A DNA stretch of 64,000 bases from positions 1 through 64,000 of the forward strand of contig JAXLNO010000693.1 of the NCBI GenBank assembly GCA_038087875.1, given 5' to 3'. This DNA comes from Malacoraja senta (Eukaryota). Shown in pieces: positions 26,322 through 40,138 of this stretch; position 1 is the first letter of the stretch, and each line of letters opens with the position of its first letter. Under the pieces are notes generated by a model. The model was not told where the DNA came from and did not search any database. It saw only the letters and a program-made list of their open reading frames with translations. The position numbers and the translations under genes are program-made.

Positions 26322-26385
26322 CACCATATGGTCCACTGGCACAAAATTTTTTCTGGGAAATCTTCAATATTCGGTCATCTCCTTC
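26322..26385 (-). CDS. NPEPPS: NPEPPS exon (~14), 64 bp: EGDDRILKISQKKFCASGPYG(G)
   Basis: tctttttcag|GAA...GGTG|gtaaga. Matches human VEDDRLLRLSQKKFCAGGSYV. Phase 0-1. Confidence 0.95.
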
Positions 26386-27995
26386 CTGAAAAAGATATTA
26401 CGTTTATTTTAAGTTATCACTGTACCCAATCCCACACTCAAGATGTGCAGCTTTGTAGGTTAATTGGCTTCTGTAAGTTGTCCCTCGTGTGCAGGACAGT
26501 GCTATTGTACGGGTGATCGCTGGTCGGCTTCGGGCCGACGGGCCTGTTTCCGTGCTGCATCTCTAAAGTCTATGTCTAAAGTCTAAAACATGCTCAACTG
26601 CATTTACTTTAATGCAAGGAGCTTCGTCAGTGGGTGAGATGAGCGTAGAGCATGGAACAGCATTTGAAATGATTAAATCCACAGAAAGAGATTAGATGAA
26701 GAGTCAACCAGAAACGCTGACTGCCCATTTCCTTCCACAGACACTGCTGACCCCTTGAGTAGATCTCCTTTTTCTTTGCAAAGGATATTGAAAGTTTGAT
26801 CAAGAAAAATAGGAAGACTATGACAGGTATGGTCGACTGGAATCATGTGTCTAGAAAAATACAGAGGATGCAAGAGAGGATTTAAGAATAAATGAGGATG
26901 GCTACGAAGGCCGTGAAATAGTCTGGACAAGATTCAGGAATACCCAAGATGTTCCATAACAGAAGTAAAAATGGGAGCCAAGGAAACAATGGGTCCTCTT
27001 AGGAACAAGGAGATAATCTATTTGCAGAGCCGAGCTAGGTCAAGGTCCTAAATGACAGCTTGGAGGCGTGTAGTGCATGTCTCTTGATAAAGTGACTTCC
27101 CCTTTTTGTAGCTAATGTCCACCCTTAGCAGATTCATTTGAAGAGCCTTCTAGAATATCTTCCCCGTTTACTGCCAAAATGTATTGTGATTAACTCTAAT
27201 GCGACCATCTCTTTTACAACCCCTACGAATATACTATTCCTTGGAATGCTCGCTCTCTGCCAATCTAGCTACCAAGTCTCCATGTTAGCAACTATATCAT
27301 ATTCCCATGTCAATCACCAGCCCCAGTTACAAACTTTCCTTATCAGAGTATGTGTGTTAAAATGGAAGTAAATCAGCCTTGCATTCCTCCCACAAGCTTG
27401 AAGGTTTATTCTTCTATACGTTAGTTCCGCACATCCTATTGTGTTCCAATATCCTGTTAAATTTCTTTAGACTTAACAGCTCCAGAAACTGCATCCCGAC
27501 AAGGACGTTGGATCCAACTTGTCCAGACGCCACCTTCCCAGAAATGGCGAAGCAAGGAACTGCAAATGTTGGACAACAAAAATGGATGCAAAGGGTCCCA
27601 ACCTGAAACATCGCCTATCCATGCTCTCCAGAGATGCTGCCTGACCCACTAAATTATTCCTGCACTTTGCATCCTTCCTCTTCCCCCTCCAAAAATGGTC
27701 CCAGTAAATCAGAAATTTATATCCCTCCCTCCTGCACCCACTTCAAACCATGCAATAATCTGACCTAGCCATTTATTCCTTTAGTCCTTAGCAACAGCAC
27801 TAATTGAGAGATTACAACCTTGAGGTCCTGCTTTTTAATTTTCTACCAAGCTCCCAATGTTCAGATCGTAGGACCTCAACCACCACTGTCATACAAGTTT
27901 ACCTTCGTCCAAGTTTCTATAATTCCATAACCCATTCCTACTCACAATATAGTTAAGGTGTATATATAAATACAACTTGTGATTAAGTAACTCAC

Positions 27996-28105
27996 CTGCT
28001 TTTCTTCAACATAAATGAGAGGAAACCCCATCTGTTTTGTCCATGAGCTCATTATAGCATTAATAGGCTTTCCACTGGCTTGTTCTAAAGAGCTCCAAAG
28101 ATCCT
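27996..28105 (-). CDS. NPEPPS: NPEPPS exon (~13), 110 bp: (E)DLWSSLEQASGKPINAIMSSWTKQMGFPLIYVEEKQ
   Basis: ttttttacag|AG...CAG|gtgagt. Contains the WTKQMGFPLI motif. Phase 1-0. Confidence 0.97.
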
Positions 28106-29226
28106 CTGTAAAAAATGAAGAGAAAAAAAAAAATTCATAAAGTGCGGTCCATGTGCCCCTTTCAAAAATTCAAATCTACAACTAAATTCTAGATGCTAAC
28201 AGAAATATAAAATTCAGGCCAATATACCAATGAAGAACGAAAAGATGAGTTGCCCATTTTAATACCCAAATGCTAAACAAAAAGAAAACTTACAAGTCAC
28301 AGGGTCATACAGCATGGAAACCGGCCCTTTTACCCAACTCTACCTTATATACCTCCATTGGCAGCTTTTCATATATTCACCACATTCAAAAAAAGTTGCC
28401 CAGGTTCTTATTAAATCTTTTCCCTAAATCTATGTCCTCTGGTTCTTGATTCCCCTGCCCTAGGTAAAATACTGTGCACTCACCCTTTCAATTCCCTTCA
28501 TGATTTTATACACCTCCATGATTAGCCCCATAGCATCCTGCACTCCAACAAATAAAAAGTCCTAACTTGCCCAATCTCTCCCTGTAGCTCGAGCCCTCAA
28601 ATCGTGGCAACATCTTCTCTGCACTATTTTCAGCTTCATAAGTTCTAAGAGCAGAATAAGGCCATTCTGCCCATCAAGTCTACTGCATCATTCAATCATG
28701 GCTGATCTATCTTTCCCTCTCAACCACATTCGCTTGCCTTTGCCCCGTAACCCTTGATACCATTACCAATCAAAATGTGTCAATTTCCTCCTTAAAAATA
28801 TCCATTGACTGCTTCCACAGCTATCTGTGGCAATGAATTCCACAGATTCACCACCCTCTGACTAAAGAAGCTTAATGACATCCTTCCTATAGCACGGTAA
28901 CTAAAATTAAACAATACTCCAAAGTAGCACAACTAGGTGTAGGCCATTTGGGTCCAAGCCTGCTCTATCATTCAATAATATCAAGGCTGTACTAAAGCAC
29001 CATTCTCTGCCCTCTCTCATTTTAAACAATGGGCACAATGAAATTAGTTACTCAACAATGGAATATAACTTTTGTTTCTAAACAGTTTATTTTCCAAATT
29101 GGCACTATGTATCGAGCTAAATAATCAATGCTGGGAAATGCAGCACCTTCTAATGTAGGCATAGTGGTCACATTCTCCTGGGTTAGTGGGACAATGTCAA
29201 TGAGTGTTATGTTGAATACTCCTTAC

Positions 29227-29287
29227 CTGTTGCTGCATTTCTATTTTGAAATGTCGTCAAGTATACGTGCATTCCTTTTCTGAAATC
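29227..29287 (-). CDS. NPEPPS: NPEPPS exon (~12), 61 bp: DFRKGMHVYLTTFQNRNAAT(E)
   Basis: ctttacag|GAT...ACAG|gtaagg. Matches human DFKKGMNMYLTKFQQKNAAT. Phase 0-1. Confidence 0.95.
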
Positions 29288-30297
29288 CTGTAAAGAGGCA
29301 TATTTTTTAAATACAATTAGCTAATCAATAAAGGCAATAAACACAAGATAGCATCCAAACCCCAAAATGGAATAAAATAATAAATCATGACATGATCCCT
29401 TTTAAAATCAATTTATTCTAACACACACAAACAAATTATAAATCAAGAGCAAACTGCAGTCTTGCTTGCCTCTTCCATGAACTATTTCATTATTTTTGTG
29501 TCAACATATTCTTACTAATCAAACTTGGATTATACCCTATTCTCACTGTAACCTATCAATAACTGTTTGTATGGTCTGGGGTTAAATCAACAGCATTGTA
29601 CCAAAATAACTAAAAATCTACTCAGAAGAACTTAGTTGTTGGCTAAATAGTTTAAAATTTGAGAATTTTTTGTTTTGATGATGGAAGAGAAAAGGAAGTC
29701 TAGTCAGTCATACATCAATCAGAACTATTAGATAGATCATCTAATTTTTTTTTAAATGGAATTTGTATGACATGGTTCCTTGCCCATCTCATCCTTTCTG
29801 ATTTCTGAAGGGATGTGGGGGAAATCCAGCCCCCTATCCCACCAAATGTCAAAAGCAGTCTGATCATTCACAAGGTTTGATGCTGAAGCAAATGCTTCTG
29901 CACCCACCATTGATGACCATAGCTACTGACTACTGTGCTTTGATTACCCTGAAAATATTGTTTGCAATTTTATTGTACAAACATGTTAAACATTTGCAAC
30001 AATTCTCAGCGATTTTAAAAGGAGTTGTAACCCATTTAATTCTAAATGGATTATTTCTTCCATTCCAAAATAGGTGATGGAGAACTGTTATGTAATTATG
30101 TCAAACATTTGCATTTTTATCTCTCAGGCACTTATATCTAGGCTAATGAAGAAAAAAAAACGAGGCAAGATAAAATCCAATGTGTTTTAACGCAGCCTGT
30201 TATCTTAAATTTAAAGCGTGCCACTTTTATGGCAATATTATATATTTTTTTTAACTAAAAAAAAATAATATTTAATTGTGAAAGTTCTTAAATGTTA

Positions 30298-33200
30298 CAG
30301 CGCCCTCCATAATGTTTGGGACAAAGACCCATCATTTATTTATTTGCGTCTGTACTCCTCAATTTGAGATGTGTAATAGAAACAAAATCACGTGGTTAAA
30401 GTGCACATTGTCAGATTTTAATAAAGGCCATTTTTATACATTTTGGTTTCACCATATAAATACAGTTGTTTATACCTAGTCCCCCCATTTTAGAGCACCA
30501 TGTTTGGAACACATGGCTTCACAGGCATTTGTAATTGCTCAGGTGTGTTTAATTGCCTTCTTCGTGCAGGTATAAGAGAGCTCTCAGCACCTAGTCTTTC
30601 CCACAGACTTTCCATCACCTTTGGAAACTTTTATTGCTGTTTATCAACATGAGGACCAAAGTTGTGCCAATTAAAGTCAAAGAAGCCATTATGAGACTGG
30701 GAAACAAGAATAAAACTGTTAGAGACATCAGCCAAACCTTAGGCTTATCAAAATCAACTGTTTGGAACATCATTAAAAAAAGAGAGCACTGGTGAGCTTA
30801 CTAATCGCAAAGGGACTGGCAGGCCAAGGAAGACCTCCACAGCTGATGACAGAAGATTTCTCTCTATAATAAAGCAAAACGCCCAAACACCTGTCCGACA
30901 GATCAGAAACACTCTTTAGGAGTCAGGTGTGGATTTGTCAATGACCACTGTCCGCAGAAGACTTCATGAACAAAAATACAGAGGCTACACTGCAAGATGC
31001 AAACCACTGACTGGTTATCCGCAAAAATAGGATGGCCGGGTTACAGTTTGCCAAGAAGTTCATAAAATAGTGACAACAGTTCTGGAAAAAGGTCTTGTGG
31101 ACAGATCAGTCAAAGATTAAGTTATACCAGAGTGATGGCAAGAGCAAAGTATGGAGGAGAGAAGGAACTGCCCAAGATCCAAAGCACACCACCTCATCTG
31201 TGGTGGGGATGTTATGGCCTGGGCATGGATGGCTGACTGGCTCGCTTATCTTCATTGATGATACAACTGTTGATGGTAGTAGCATAATGAATTCTGAAGT
31301 GTATAGACACATCCTACATATCAGGCACGTGCCGTCAGGGTAGGCAAGGTAGGCACTATTATAAAATGATAATTATTAAAATATAAAAATGTTTATTATA
31401 AACATGTTTATTATAAACACTATTATAAAAATGATAATTATTAAATATAAATAGTAAAAGCACGGGAGAACTATGCTTACCTAAGAGATCGATCTCTTAG
31501 GTAGGCATAATTCTCCGTGCCTTTCATGCGCAGTACATGTAATACAGGAAAGTGTGTGCAGCTGACTTGCCGTCGACGCTGCTTCAAGCCGTCATTTTCA
31601 AGAGGAGCTGAAGGCAGCTGAAATTCTGCCTTTGCAGCGTGGACTGTGTAGTGCGCATGCGCAGCGCACGTTTCTTGGTGGGTTTTTCAAACATGGATTG
31701 TCATTATCTTAAGAGTATCTTAAGAAACAAAGAGAGAAGAATGGAGTTCGTATACAAATAATGTGGTAAGTAGCTTTCTTTGAGCTAAATGTTTTTAAAT
31801 ACCGTATTTCCCGGCAATGAAGACGCTATTTTTTACCCAAAAATAAGGCACGAAAATGTGCCTGCATCTTGGATGTTAGGTTGTATCTAAGGTTAGGTTG
31901 TTAGCCAAGAAAGATAGACTTGGCTATCCCTCAGTACAGCAACATTAAGAACGATGTTGCTGTACTGAGGGATAGCCAAGTCCATCCCTCGTTGCTAGCA
32001 GCTGATGGGAAGCGGCTGTAAAAGGACAGCGCCGCTTGGGGGGGGGGGAAAGAGAGTGTTCCTTTCACAGCGTGTGGGGAGTCTGGCCAGGGGTAAAGTT
32101 GCGGGAAGGCAGGAGCGTTGAGAAGGAGGGGGTCGGGGATCATGCCATCAACCAGCTCAAGAGCGGGTCAGCAGGCGATGGATAACAGGACAGCAGGCGG
32201 TGGAGCTTACTCCATGTGTCAGTGCGAGTAACCTCAATTGGTCCCTTGTTCACGCTGACACAGGAGTAAGCTCCACCGCCTGCTGTCCTGTTATCCATCA
32301 CCCCCTGACCCGCTCTGCTCTATGATCTTTGCTCTTGAGCTGGTCCCCTCACTGTTCAGACGGAGAGCATTGCCCTCAGAGGTGAGCGGGCTGGCAGAAG
32401 GCGCTGAGATGGCGGGCGGTTCCGCTGTCCGGTCCCGGCGGCTGCTCGTAGCCACGCGAGCAACTTCCCTCCCCGGCCACAATGCGGTGGCTCCGCGCCC
32501 AGAGCGCCGCGGTAGCGGTGAGTGAGTAGGTTACTGGCATGATCCCCGACTCCCTCCTTCTCAACGCTGCTGCCCTTCCTGCAACTTTACCCCTGGCCAG
32601 ACTCCCCACACTGTGAAAGGAATTCTCCCCCCAATTGGTCCCTTGAACTAGTATTGTTCAACTGATTCACAACTGATTCAACTTGTCCTGGTGTGCTCCC
32701 GTTTTTACCACCATCTCTCCACCTACCATCACCCTCCACCGCCCACCCATTCAGTAATTCAGAATGAAGGAGATTTGGAAGCCTTGGGCAAATTGAATTG
32801 TTACTTTCTTTATTTTTATTTTTTATTTTTACGGAGAGGAGAACAATCTGCTCATGTGTGGTTTAAGATTTTTTTAATTAAAGCCAACTGACTGCCTACC
32901 CTGAGTAATTACTCACGGCACATGCCTGCTGCATATCAAGTTCAAACAAATGCCTCATTGGCCGGCGGTTCATTCTATCGCAAGTCAATGATCCCAAACA
33001 TACTGCTAAAGCAACAATGCAGTTTTTCCAAAGCTAAAAAATTGTAAATTCTTGAGTGGCCAAGTCAATCACCCAATCTGAACCCCATTGAGCATGCCTT
33101 TTATATGCAGAAGAGAAAACTGAAGGGGACTAGCCCCCAAAACAAGCATAAGCTAAAGATGGCTGCAACAACTGGTGATGTCCATGAATTGCAGACTTCA

Positions 33201-33507
33201 AGCAGTCATTGTATGCAAAGGATATGCTACAAAATACTAAACATGACTACTTTCATTTACATCACATTGCTGTGTCCCAAACATTATGGTGCCCTGAAAT
33301 GGGGGGGGGGGGGGGGGGACTGTGTATAAACACTGCTATAATTTCTACATGGTGAAACCAAAATGTATAAAAATGGCTTTTATTAAAATCTGACAATGTG
33401 CACTTTAACCACATATGATTTTTTTCTATTACAAATCTGAAATTGTGGCGTACAGAGGCATATAAATAAATGACGGGTCTTTGTCCCAAACATTATGGAG
33501 GGCACTG
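30298..33507 (+). mobile_element. Tc1/mariner transposon (long IR/DR-type TIRs) with a degenerate transposase, interrupted by a hAT element
   Basis: TA|cagcgccctccataatgtttgggac ... gtcccaaacattatggagggcactg|TA, with ~200-bp TIRs. ATG at 30649 (MRTKVVPIKVKEAIMRL); WTDQSK, NDPKH and SPNLNPIEH remnants. Confidence 0.95.
31322..32928. mobile_element. Non-autonomous hAT-like element (1.6 kb) nested in the Tc1
   Basis: TIRs caggcacgtgccgt / acggcacatgcctg; subterminal gtaggca/tgcctac repeats; 8-bp TSD ctacatat (31314-31321) / ctgcatat (32929-32936). Confidence 0.85.
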
Positions 33508-34984
33508 TATGGTTCAAAATGTTTTCTTGTTTAAAATTCTGCAAAAACAACAGCCAAGGAAAATGGAAAGAATTGTAACTTGACCTTGAAGGGTTTATTT
33601 TTTTCCTCAGCCCTCTGCCATGACTTGCAGATATACTCAGAGTTGTTATGAACTCCTGCACAAGGCCTGATGCAACTGGGCCCACCTACGTGAAGTAGGA
33701 CATGAAGATCTTATTATGAAACTTTCAGGTTCAAGTATCTCATCATATATCTTGACGCCCACATGCCTGGACTATGTAAACATGTGATAAGGTCAAGGGG
33801 ATGATCTGTGCTTTTTCTTTCATACAATTTTGCATTGTAATAGACTGCAAAATAGTTTCTGTAACCTTGCCAGATCTAAAGAACACTGACATCAAGATTA
33901 ATGATCCGGAAACATATTTTTCTTATGTGCTCTGCAGAAATGCATATAATGATTACAAATTCATTCTACTCCCTTCTGCACCCCTCGTGCTTCCTTGTCC
34001 CAACTCTAGAACCATTCGCAAGATGCTGCATAACTTAAGGTGGTGGACAAAGAGGGTTTGTGAATGAACACGGCTTGGAGCCTGCAGCCATGGTTTACAT
34101 AAAAGCACGGCACCAGTCTAGCAATGCATGCAAAAGCTACCGTAATAGAATCGTGTTTTGAGTTGTTGATTCTTTCTCCTACAAACCCTATAAAACATTA
34201 AAGTTTTAAAACTGATAACAATACAAGACATTTCAATACTGACCCAATATGGTGAAATGTAATTGTTTCATTAATATAATTAAATATTTTAAATTCTTTT
34301 GTAATTCCATTTCTATTAATAATGCTGCAGTTTGAGTATGATCATGAAATAACTGATGGCATTAATGTCACCTTGTAAAATGTGACTTGAGAACGCAGAA
34401 ACAGTGGTTGTTAGTATTAGAGGAGAGATTTCAATGTCCGCGTTTTAATAAGGCTTCAAATGTACTGTAAACTTTTGTATTGCAACAATTTTGTATTGCA
34501 ACAAAAGCTATTCACTGTACCTCAGTACTAAACTGTATTTCTTTCATAATATCCAAGCGCTTATTAAATTTCAGCCTGTGATCACCTCCTGGTATCCCTT
34601 GTTCACATCTTCCCTGTCCCCCCCCCAAAAAGAGACACAGAATCAGAGCACAAAACTTGTGCTCTGATGTGGAGCAGCTGAATAGCTGGAATCTCAGTTC
34701 TTACAGGTGTAATAAATTTACACCTACAATCAAATTATGACAAAGAAATATACACACAAAACACTGGAAATAAACAATAGGATTAAATGGAAAGAAAAAA
34801 AGACAGGTTAATACTGCAGGGATAAGCCCTTCATCAGAATGCAGTCCTGGTGAACCACTTACACCCCATAGATTAAGTTGCTTTTTTCCACTCTACAGTG
34901 AGAGATTGTCCCACACATGTAGTTCCAGAATTTTCTGTATTTGCACTCTTTCATTTGACCTTTTATGTAGTAAGAATGAAAAAG

Positions 34985-35400
34985 AAACATATTTATTTGG
35001 CATCTTTCAAGACGGTAGGATGTTCCGCAACACTTTATGACAAACGAGTCACTTGTAAAGCCTTGTCATTGTTGTGATTTGGGGAAATATGTTTGCAGTC
35101 AGTTTGCATGCAGCAAGCTGCCAACAATAATAACAGTGAGATAAGGACCAGCTCGTCCATTTTAGGTACTGCACAAGATGATAGGAAAAATATCCTGCTT
35201 TTATTCACTCATAGCAGAGTGTTTACAGACTACTGGGGCAGACATGCTTTGTTCAAAGGATGGCCCCTTCTGACCCTGCAACTCTGACCATTGGTAACAC
35301 TGTGGGGTATTACCCTGGGTTTGTATAGTCTCTGGAACTGGGTGTGAGGCCACAATGAGCCAAATCGGGCACGAACGCTGCTCATTCAGACATAGCCAAC
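34985..35400 (-). mobile_element. Ancient DeuSINE (SacSINE1-like) remnant
   Basis: Degenerate colinear match to the DeuSINE antisense consensus as I recall it (catttat..gcatctttca..aggatgttcc..cactttat..cagcaag..ccaacaata..gtgagataaggaccag). Confidence 0.55.
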
Positions 35401-35675
35401 ATCTAAAAGTGTAGTGGGGAGGTAGAGAGATATAAAAATATCTGGGACAAATGCAAACACACCTCACTCCCAGGCCACTTTATATATTGATTATTTAAAT
35501 ACAGTTATCCTTGCTGCAATATTAATATCTAATTGCCAACTTACGAACAAACATCAGAACAAGCTGCATTTTTTAACTCTTGCGAAGCTCAATTGTGTAC
35601 ATTCACAATCTGTTTAAACATAGAATCACAAATCACTGTAACACTTATCACTAAGTTATGCTTAAAGAATCTTAC

Positions 35676-35780
35676 CACATCACCAATGTAATTGTGCAGC
35701 ATTCGAATTACTGATGCTCCTTTGCTATAAGAAATTGCATCAAATATTTCATCCACTTCTGCCGGATGCCCTACTGCGAC
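35676..35780 (-). CDS. NPEPPS: NPEPPS exon (~11), 105 bp: VAVGHPAEVDEIFDAISYSKGASVIRMLHNYIGDV
   Basis: ttttaaag|GTC...GTG|gtaaga. ISYSKG contains the catalytic Tyr. Phase 0-0. Confidence 0.97.
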
Positions 35781-35994
35781 CTTTAAAATAAATACATCTC
35801 TTAACGTTGGTTAAAAGGAAGAATATCGTCAATAATGGAAGTAAATTCATTCTACATATGAAAATATGAATACCAACTAAGTGGTATGCAATTTTAAAAA
35901 ATTGGGTGTGTCAGGTTTACACTCCAATTCTAAGTCTTAAGCAGCTTGAATTTATATATTGCCTTGCTGGACCTCAAGACATTCGAGGCCACAT

Positions 35995-37320
35995 CCTAAT
36001 AAACCGCTTCTGCACTCTCTCCAAAGTTTCCATTTCCGTCCTGAAATAGAGACCACAACTACACAACACTCCAAATGCAGCCTAACCAAAGTTTTTTAGA
36101 GCTACAAGACTTCCTAGAGTCATAGAGTCACAGAGTGATACAGTGTGGAAACAGGCCCTTCGGCTCAACTCGCCCACATCGGCCAACAATGTCCCTGCTA
36201 CACTAGTCCCACCTGCCTGCGCTTGATCCATGTCCTGTCCAACTGTTTCTTAAACAATGGGATAGTCCCAGCCTCAACTATTTCCTCTGGCAGCTTATTC
36301 CATACACCCACCACCCTCTGTGTGAAAAGTTTACCCCTCTGATTCCTATTAAATTATTTCCCCTTTCACCTTGAACCTATGTCCTCTGGTCCTCGATTCC
36401 CCTACTCTGGGTAAAAGACTCTGTGCATCTACCCAATCTATTCCTCTCATCATTTTGTATACCTCTATAAACTTTCCCCTCATCCTCCTACGCTCCATGG
36501 AATGGAGACCCATCCTACTTAATCTCTCCTTATAGCTCACACCCTCTAGTCCTGGCAACATCCTCATAAATCTTTTCTGAACCCTTTCAAGCTTAACAAT
36601 ATCTTTCCTATAACATGGTGCCCAGAACTGAACACAATATTCCAAATGCGGTCTCACCAACGTCTTATATAACTGCAATATGACCTCCCAACTTCTATAC
36701 TCAATACTCTGACTGATGAAGGCCAAAGTGCCAAAAGCCTTTTTGACCACCTTATCCACCTGCGACTCGACCTTCAAGGAACCATGCACCTGTACTTCTA
36801 TATCCCTCTGCTCTACAACATGACCCAGGGGCCTACCATTTACTGTGTAGATCCTGCCCTTGTTCGACATCCCAAAATGCAACACCTCACACTTCTCTGT
36901 ATTAAATTCCATCAACCATTCCTCCGCCCACCTGGCCAATCGTTCACAACCTTCTTCACGATCTATAAAACCACTAACTTTTGTATCATCCTACTTTTAT
37001 ATTTATATTTTATTCCATGACCGATGAAGGCATGCATAGCATTGTGCCTCCTTTACCAAGGTGAGGAGGGAAAGATTTAATTGGAACCTGATGGATAACT
37101 TTTTTTTTCTCACAAAGGGTGGTGGGTGTATGGAACGAGCTGCTGGAGGAGGTAGTTGAGGCAGGTACTATCGCAATGCACAAGAAGCATTCAGTCATGG
37201 AAAGGATAGGTTTAGAGAGATATGGGCCAACGCAGGCAGATAGGATTGGTGAAGATGTGGTATGTTGATCGGCAAGGGCAAGTTGGGCCGAAAGGACTGT
37301 TTCCCCACTATGTAAATCTA
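35995..37320. mobile_element. CR1 3' fragments: minus-strand (~36000-36990, ORF 36349-36939) and plus-strand (~37060-37320)
   Basis: WLMEFNTEKCEVLHFG...RPHLEYCVQFWAP...TRGHRFKV; (gactctat)n-type tails. Confidence 0.88.
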
Positions 37321-38769
37321 TGTCCTCCAGGTGCTGCTGTGACATGCTCCCTGAACAGTAGTGCATCTCCCCTACATATGCTTACATCTCTCTATTGTGC
37401 TGAAACATTTATATTCTTCATTATAATGACGAACCAGGGATTTACTCCCATTTAAAAAAATATCTGCAAGAGATCCAAGTGTTTTATCTCACGTTATGGG
37501 ATTAATGGATAGAAGGGAAATGAAGGAAAGCATTCAGGAAGAGTATAAACCCCACATTCCAAGTTTATGTTTTCATTCTAAATTCTTGTGTCTGCATTTA
37601 CTTTTTATATATTATTTACATGCTTCCTCTTGTGATATTGCTGCATGAACTCAATGTTGTTACAGGGCATCTTTGGAATTCAGAATGGAAAAAAATTGAC
37701 CGCAAGTAGACCAAGGTAGCTGGTGTTTTATTGTGTTTTCTTTTGTCTGTGCAATGTATTCCTGCATAAAACAAACCCAACGTTTAGTTTGAACAGCAAA
37801 GATACTCTACTTAGTTAATGGTTCAGTCCAGTACCATGATTTGCTTGAGGGGCATCAACAGAATCATGATCAAGCAGCAAAGAAAAAGAATTCCTAAAAG
37901 CTTTCCATTCAGTTTAAGCAATATCATAGAAATGGGGGTGACTGAGCAAATTATTTTAGTTCCACTTAGCAACAATAATGTCACTGTTTAATCTCCCATA
38001 TGCTGATACATTTAACCCCATCCACAGAGATGGTTTAACAGGCAAAGCTTAATAGTGCCTCCAATGCAGCACTGACTCAATTAGTGATCATAGACTTCAA
38101 AAAACTCAGATGTGTGTTGTCAGAATAGTTAAACCTATTATTAATTGGCTGCTTTTTGTCTTTAGAATCCTACTTTCCAGGCTGTAAGATAGCTAATTAA
38201 TATTTCAGCAAGGGCACCAATTTGGCAGAGGAAATAATTGATGAGAAAAATGTAATAATGTCTGAAAAACTATCTTCCAAATTAAATTCCCCATCACAAG
38301 CTCCATATCTCAATTTAATTAATTACATGAATGTTACACAGCAGAATGCACTGCCAGACTGCTTCCAAAACAGTTGAAAGACGGTGGCTTGCACCATTTT
38401 GGGAGTTTTGGCCTGAAGAATAGCTGAACAAAATAACTAATTAGTAGGATAAACCCACTAAATCTGCTGCATATCTTTCTGGGACATCAAAACATTGCAC
38501 TGTATCCCTGGGCCAGGAATTTAATCAGGATTCTTATATCCAATTGCTATTTAGAGACTTTTACAGGAAAGTATATAACAATGCTAACTGGAAGATCCTA
38601 ATTTCCGGTACAATCCCAATATCAATAATTTTGCAAGCGGACCAGATTGTCTTCATTACCTTGGCCAACAGAACAACCAGTTATGAACTGCAAGGGCTGT
38701 TGAGGCCCACTGAATTGAACAAGAGAGAAAACAAAGTACAGGGATAATTAGCTTAAAAATAAAGTTCAG

Positions 38770-39080
38770 ATTTGAAATATAGCATGAAACAGGCCCTTCG
38801 GCCCACCAAGCCCACATTAACCATCAATCTCATATTCACACTAGTTCTACATTATCCCACTCTCCCAATCATATCTTGCATACAAGATGAAAATATAACA
38901 GAGGCTGATTAATCTATTAACCCACACCTCTTTACGATGTGCCAAGAAATCTGAGCGCCTAGAGGAAACCCATTTGGTCACAGGGAGAACATGCAAACTC
39001 CACACAGACAGCATCCACAATCAGGATTGAACCTGGGCTCTCTAACGCTGTGAGGCAGCAGCTCTACCGCTGTGCCGCCC
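38770..39080 (-). mobile_element. V-SINE (HE1-like)
   Basis: Reverse-complement match to the 8672-8981 SINE, including the B box (ggattgaacc on the plus strand). Confidence 0.8.
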
Positions 39081-39298
39081 AGGTAGAAAGTCATTTAAAA
39101 ATATTAATGCAAACACATTGAATCCACGGAACAAAGTTAAATTATACAAAGCGTAGTAAACGATTTTGAACAAATATTGTTTATTTGAAAAACTTTAAAG
39201 CCCATGTTGCAAAACACATGCTCATAGCTTGGTGTGCATTACAGCAACAGACCATTACTGGTATCTCCAGAGAACTTGAAAGGAGGAAACAGGCTTAC

Positions 39299-39463
39299 CT
39301 CAATTGGATGGCTGCTGTCAAGGGCATCAAGTTCTAGTGCTCGTGTGTAGTCAACCGATACAAACTGGGTCCAGATATCATATTCTGGGAAGCAGTGATC
39401 AACACACAGATACTCAATCCAGGAAGCAAAGCCTTCATTTAACCACAGATGTGTCCACCACTC
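39299..39463 (-). CDS. NPEPPS: NPEPPS exon (~10), 165 bp: EWWTHLWLNEGFASWIEYLCVDHCFPEYDIWTQFVSVDYTRALELDALDSSHPIE
   Basis: gattgcag|GAG...GAG|gtaagc. WLNEGFA carries the third zinc ligand (Glu). Phase 0-0. Confidence 0.98.
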
Positions 39464-40138
39464 CTGCAATCACAGATATGGTATTTGAATACACTTGCTT
39501 ACATTTAAAATACAGCTCAAATTTTAAGTAACCTTTCCAAAGAAAATATGGCCATAAAACGCTTCCAATTTTGCATCCAAGACATGACTTGTGCGGGGTT
39601 TGTTTTGCTCAAATTTGAGTTTGTGCCCAAGTCGTATTTTTTTTTAAACAAGGCTTGGACTCTTGCCGAAAGTATTTTAAAATTACTGAAAACTTTCCAT
39701 GCTCTTAAAACATGGAAAACAAAGCTGCCAGCAACTATCTAAGCCTGCATGCTGTTCTCCCCTGCTGGGAAATTCACAGCCCATAAAATAGCATGCATCT
39801 TGCTGGCTATAATCTATGGATGAGTATTTCAGACCAACAGTGGTGGTTGCCTTGAGCTACTCAGAACAAATCTGGTACACCAATATTTACTGGCCTTGAC
39901 ATGCATATTAATTTTAGACCATAAGCAATGCATTTGTGGATTTTCCAATGCTGTTCCGGGAACCTGCTGTTTAGCTTCTCTGCACAATTAATTGGGGCCA
40001 TATTCCCTTTCATCCCAATGACACAATGCCTAGAATGGTAAAGGCCAATACTCATTGATTCACCATTGCCATTGCATATTCTTGTTTTGAACACAATGTT
40101 GTGATCATTATTTCCCAATTGCTGATGTACTCTAAATA

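Noticed and set aside
30649..33240. Active or domesticated Tc1 transposase
   Set aside because: Frameshifts, stops, a changed second catalytic Asp and a 1.6-kb insertion; the second copy is also disrupted.
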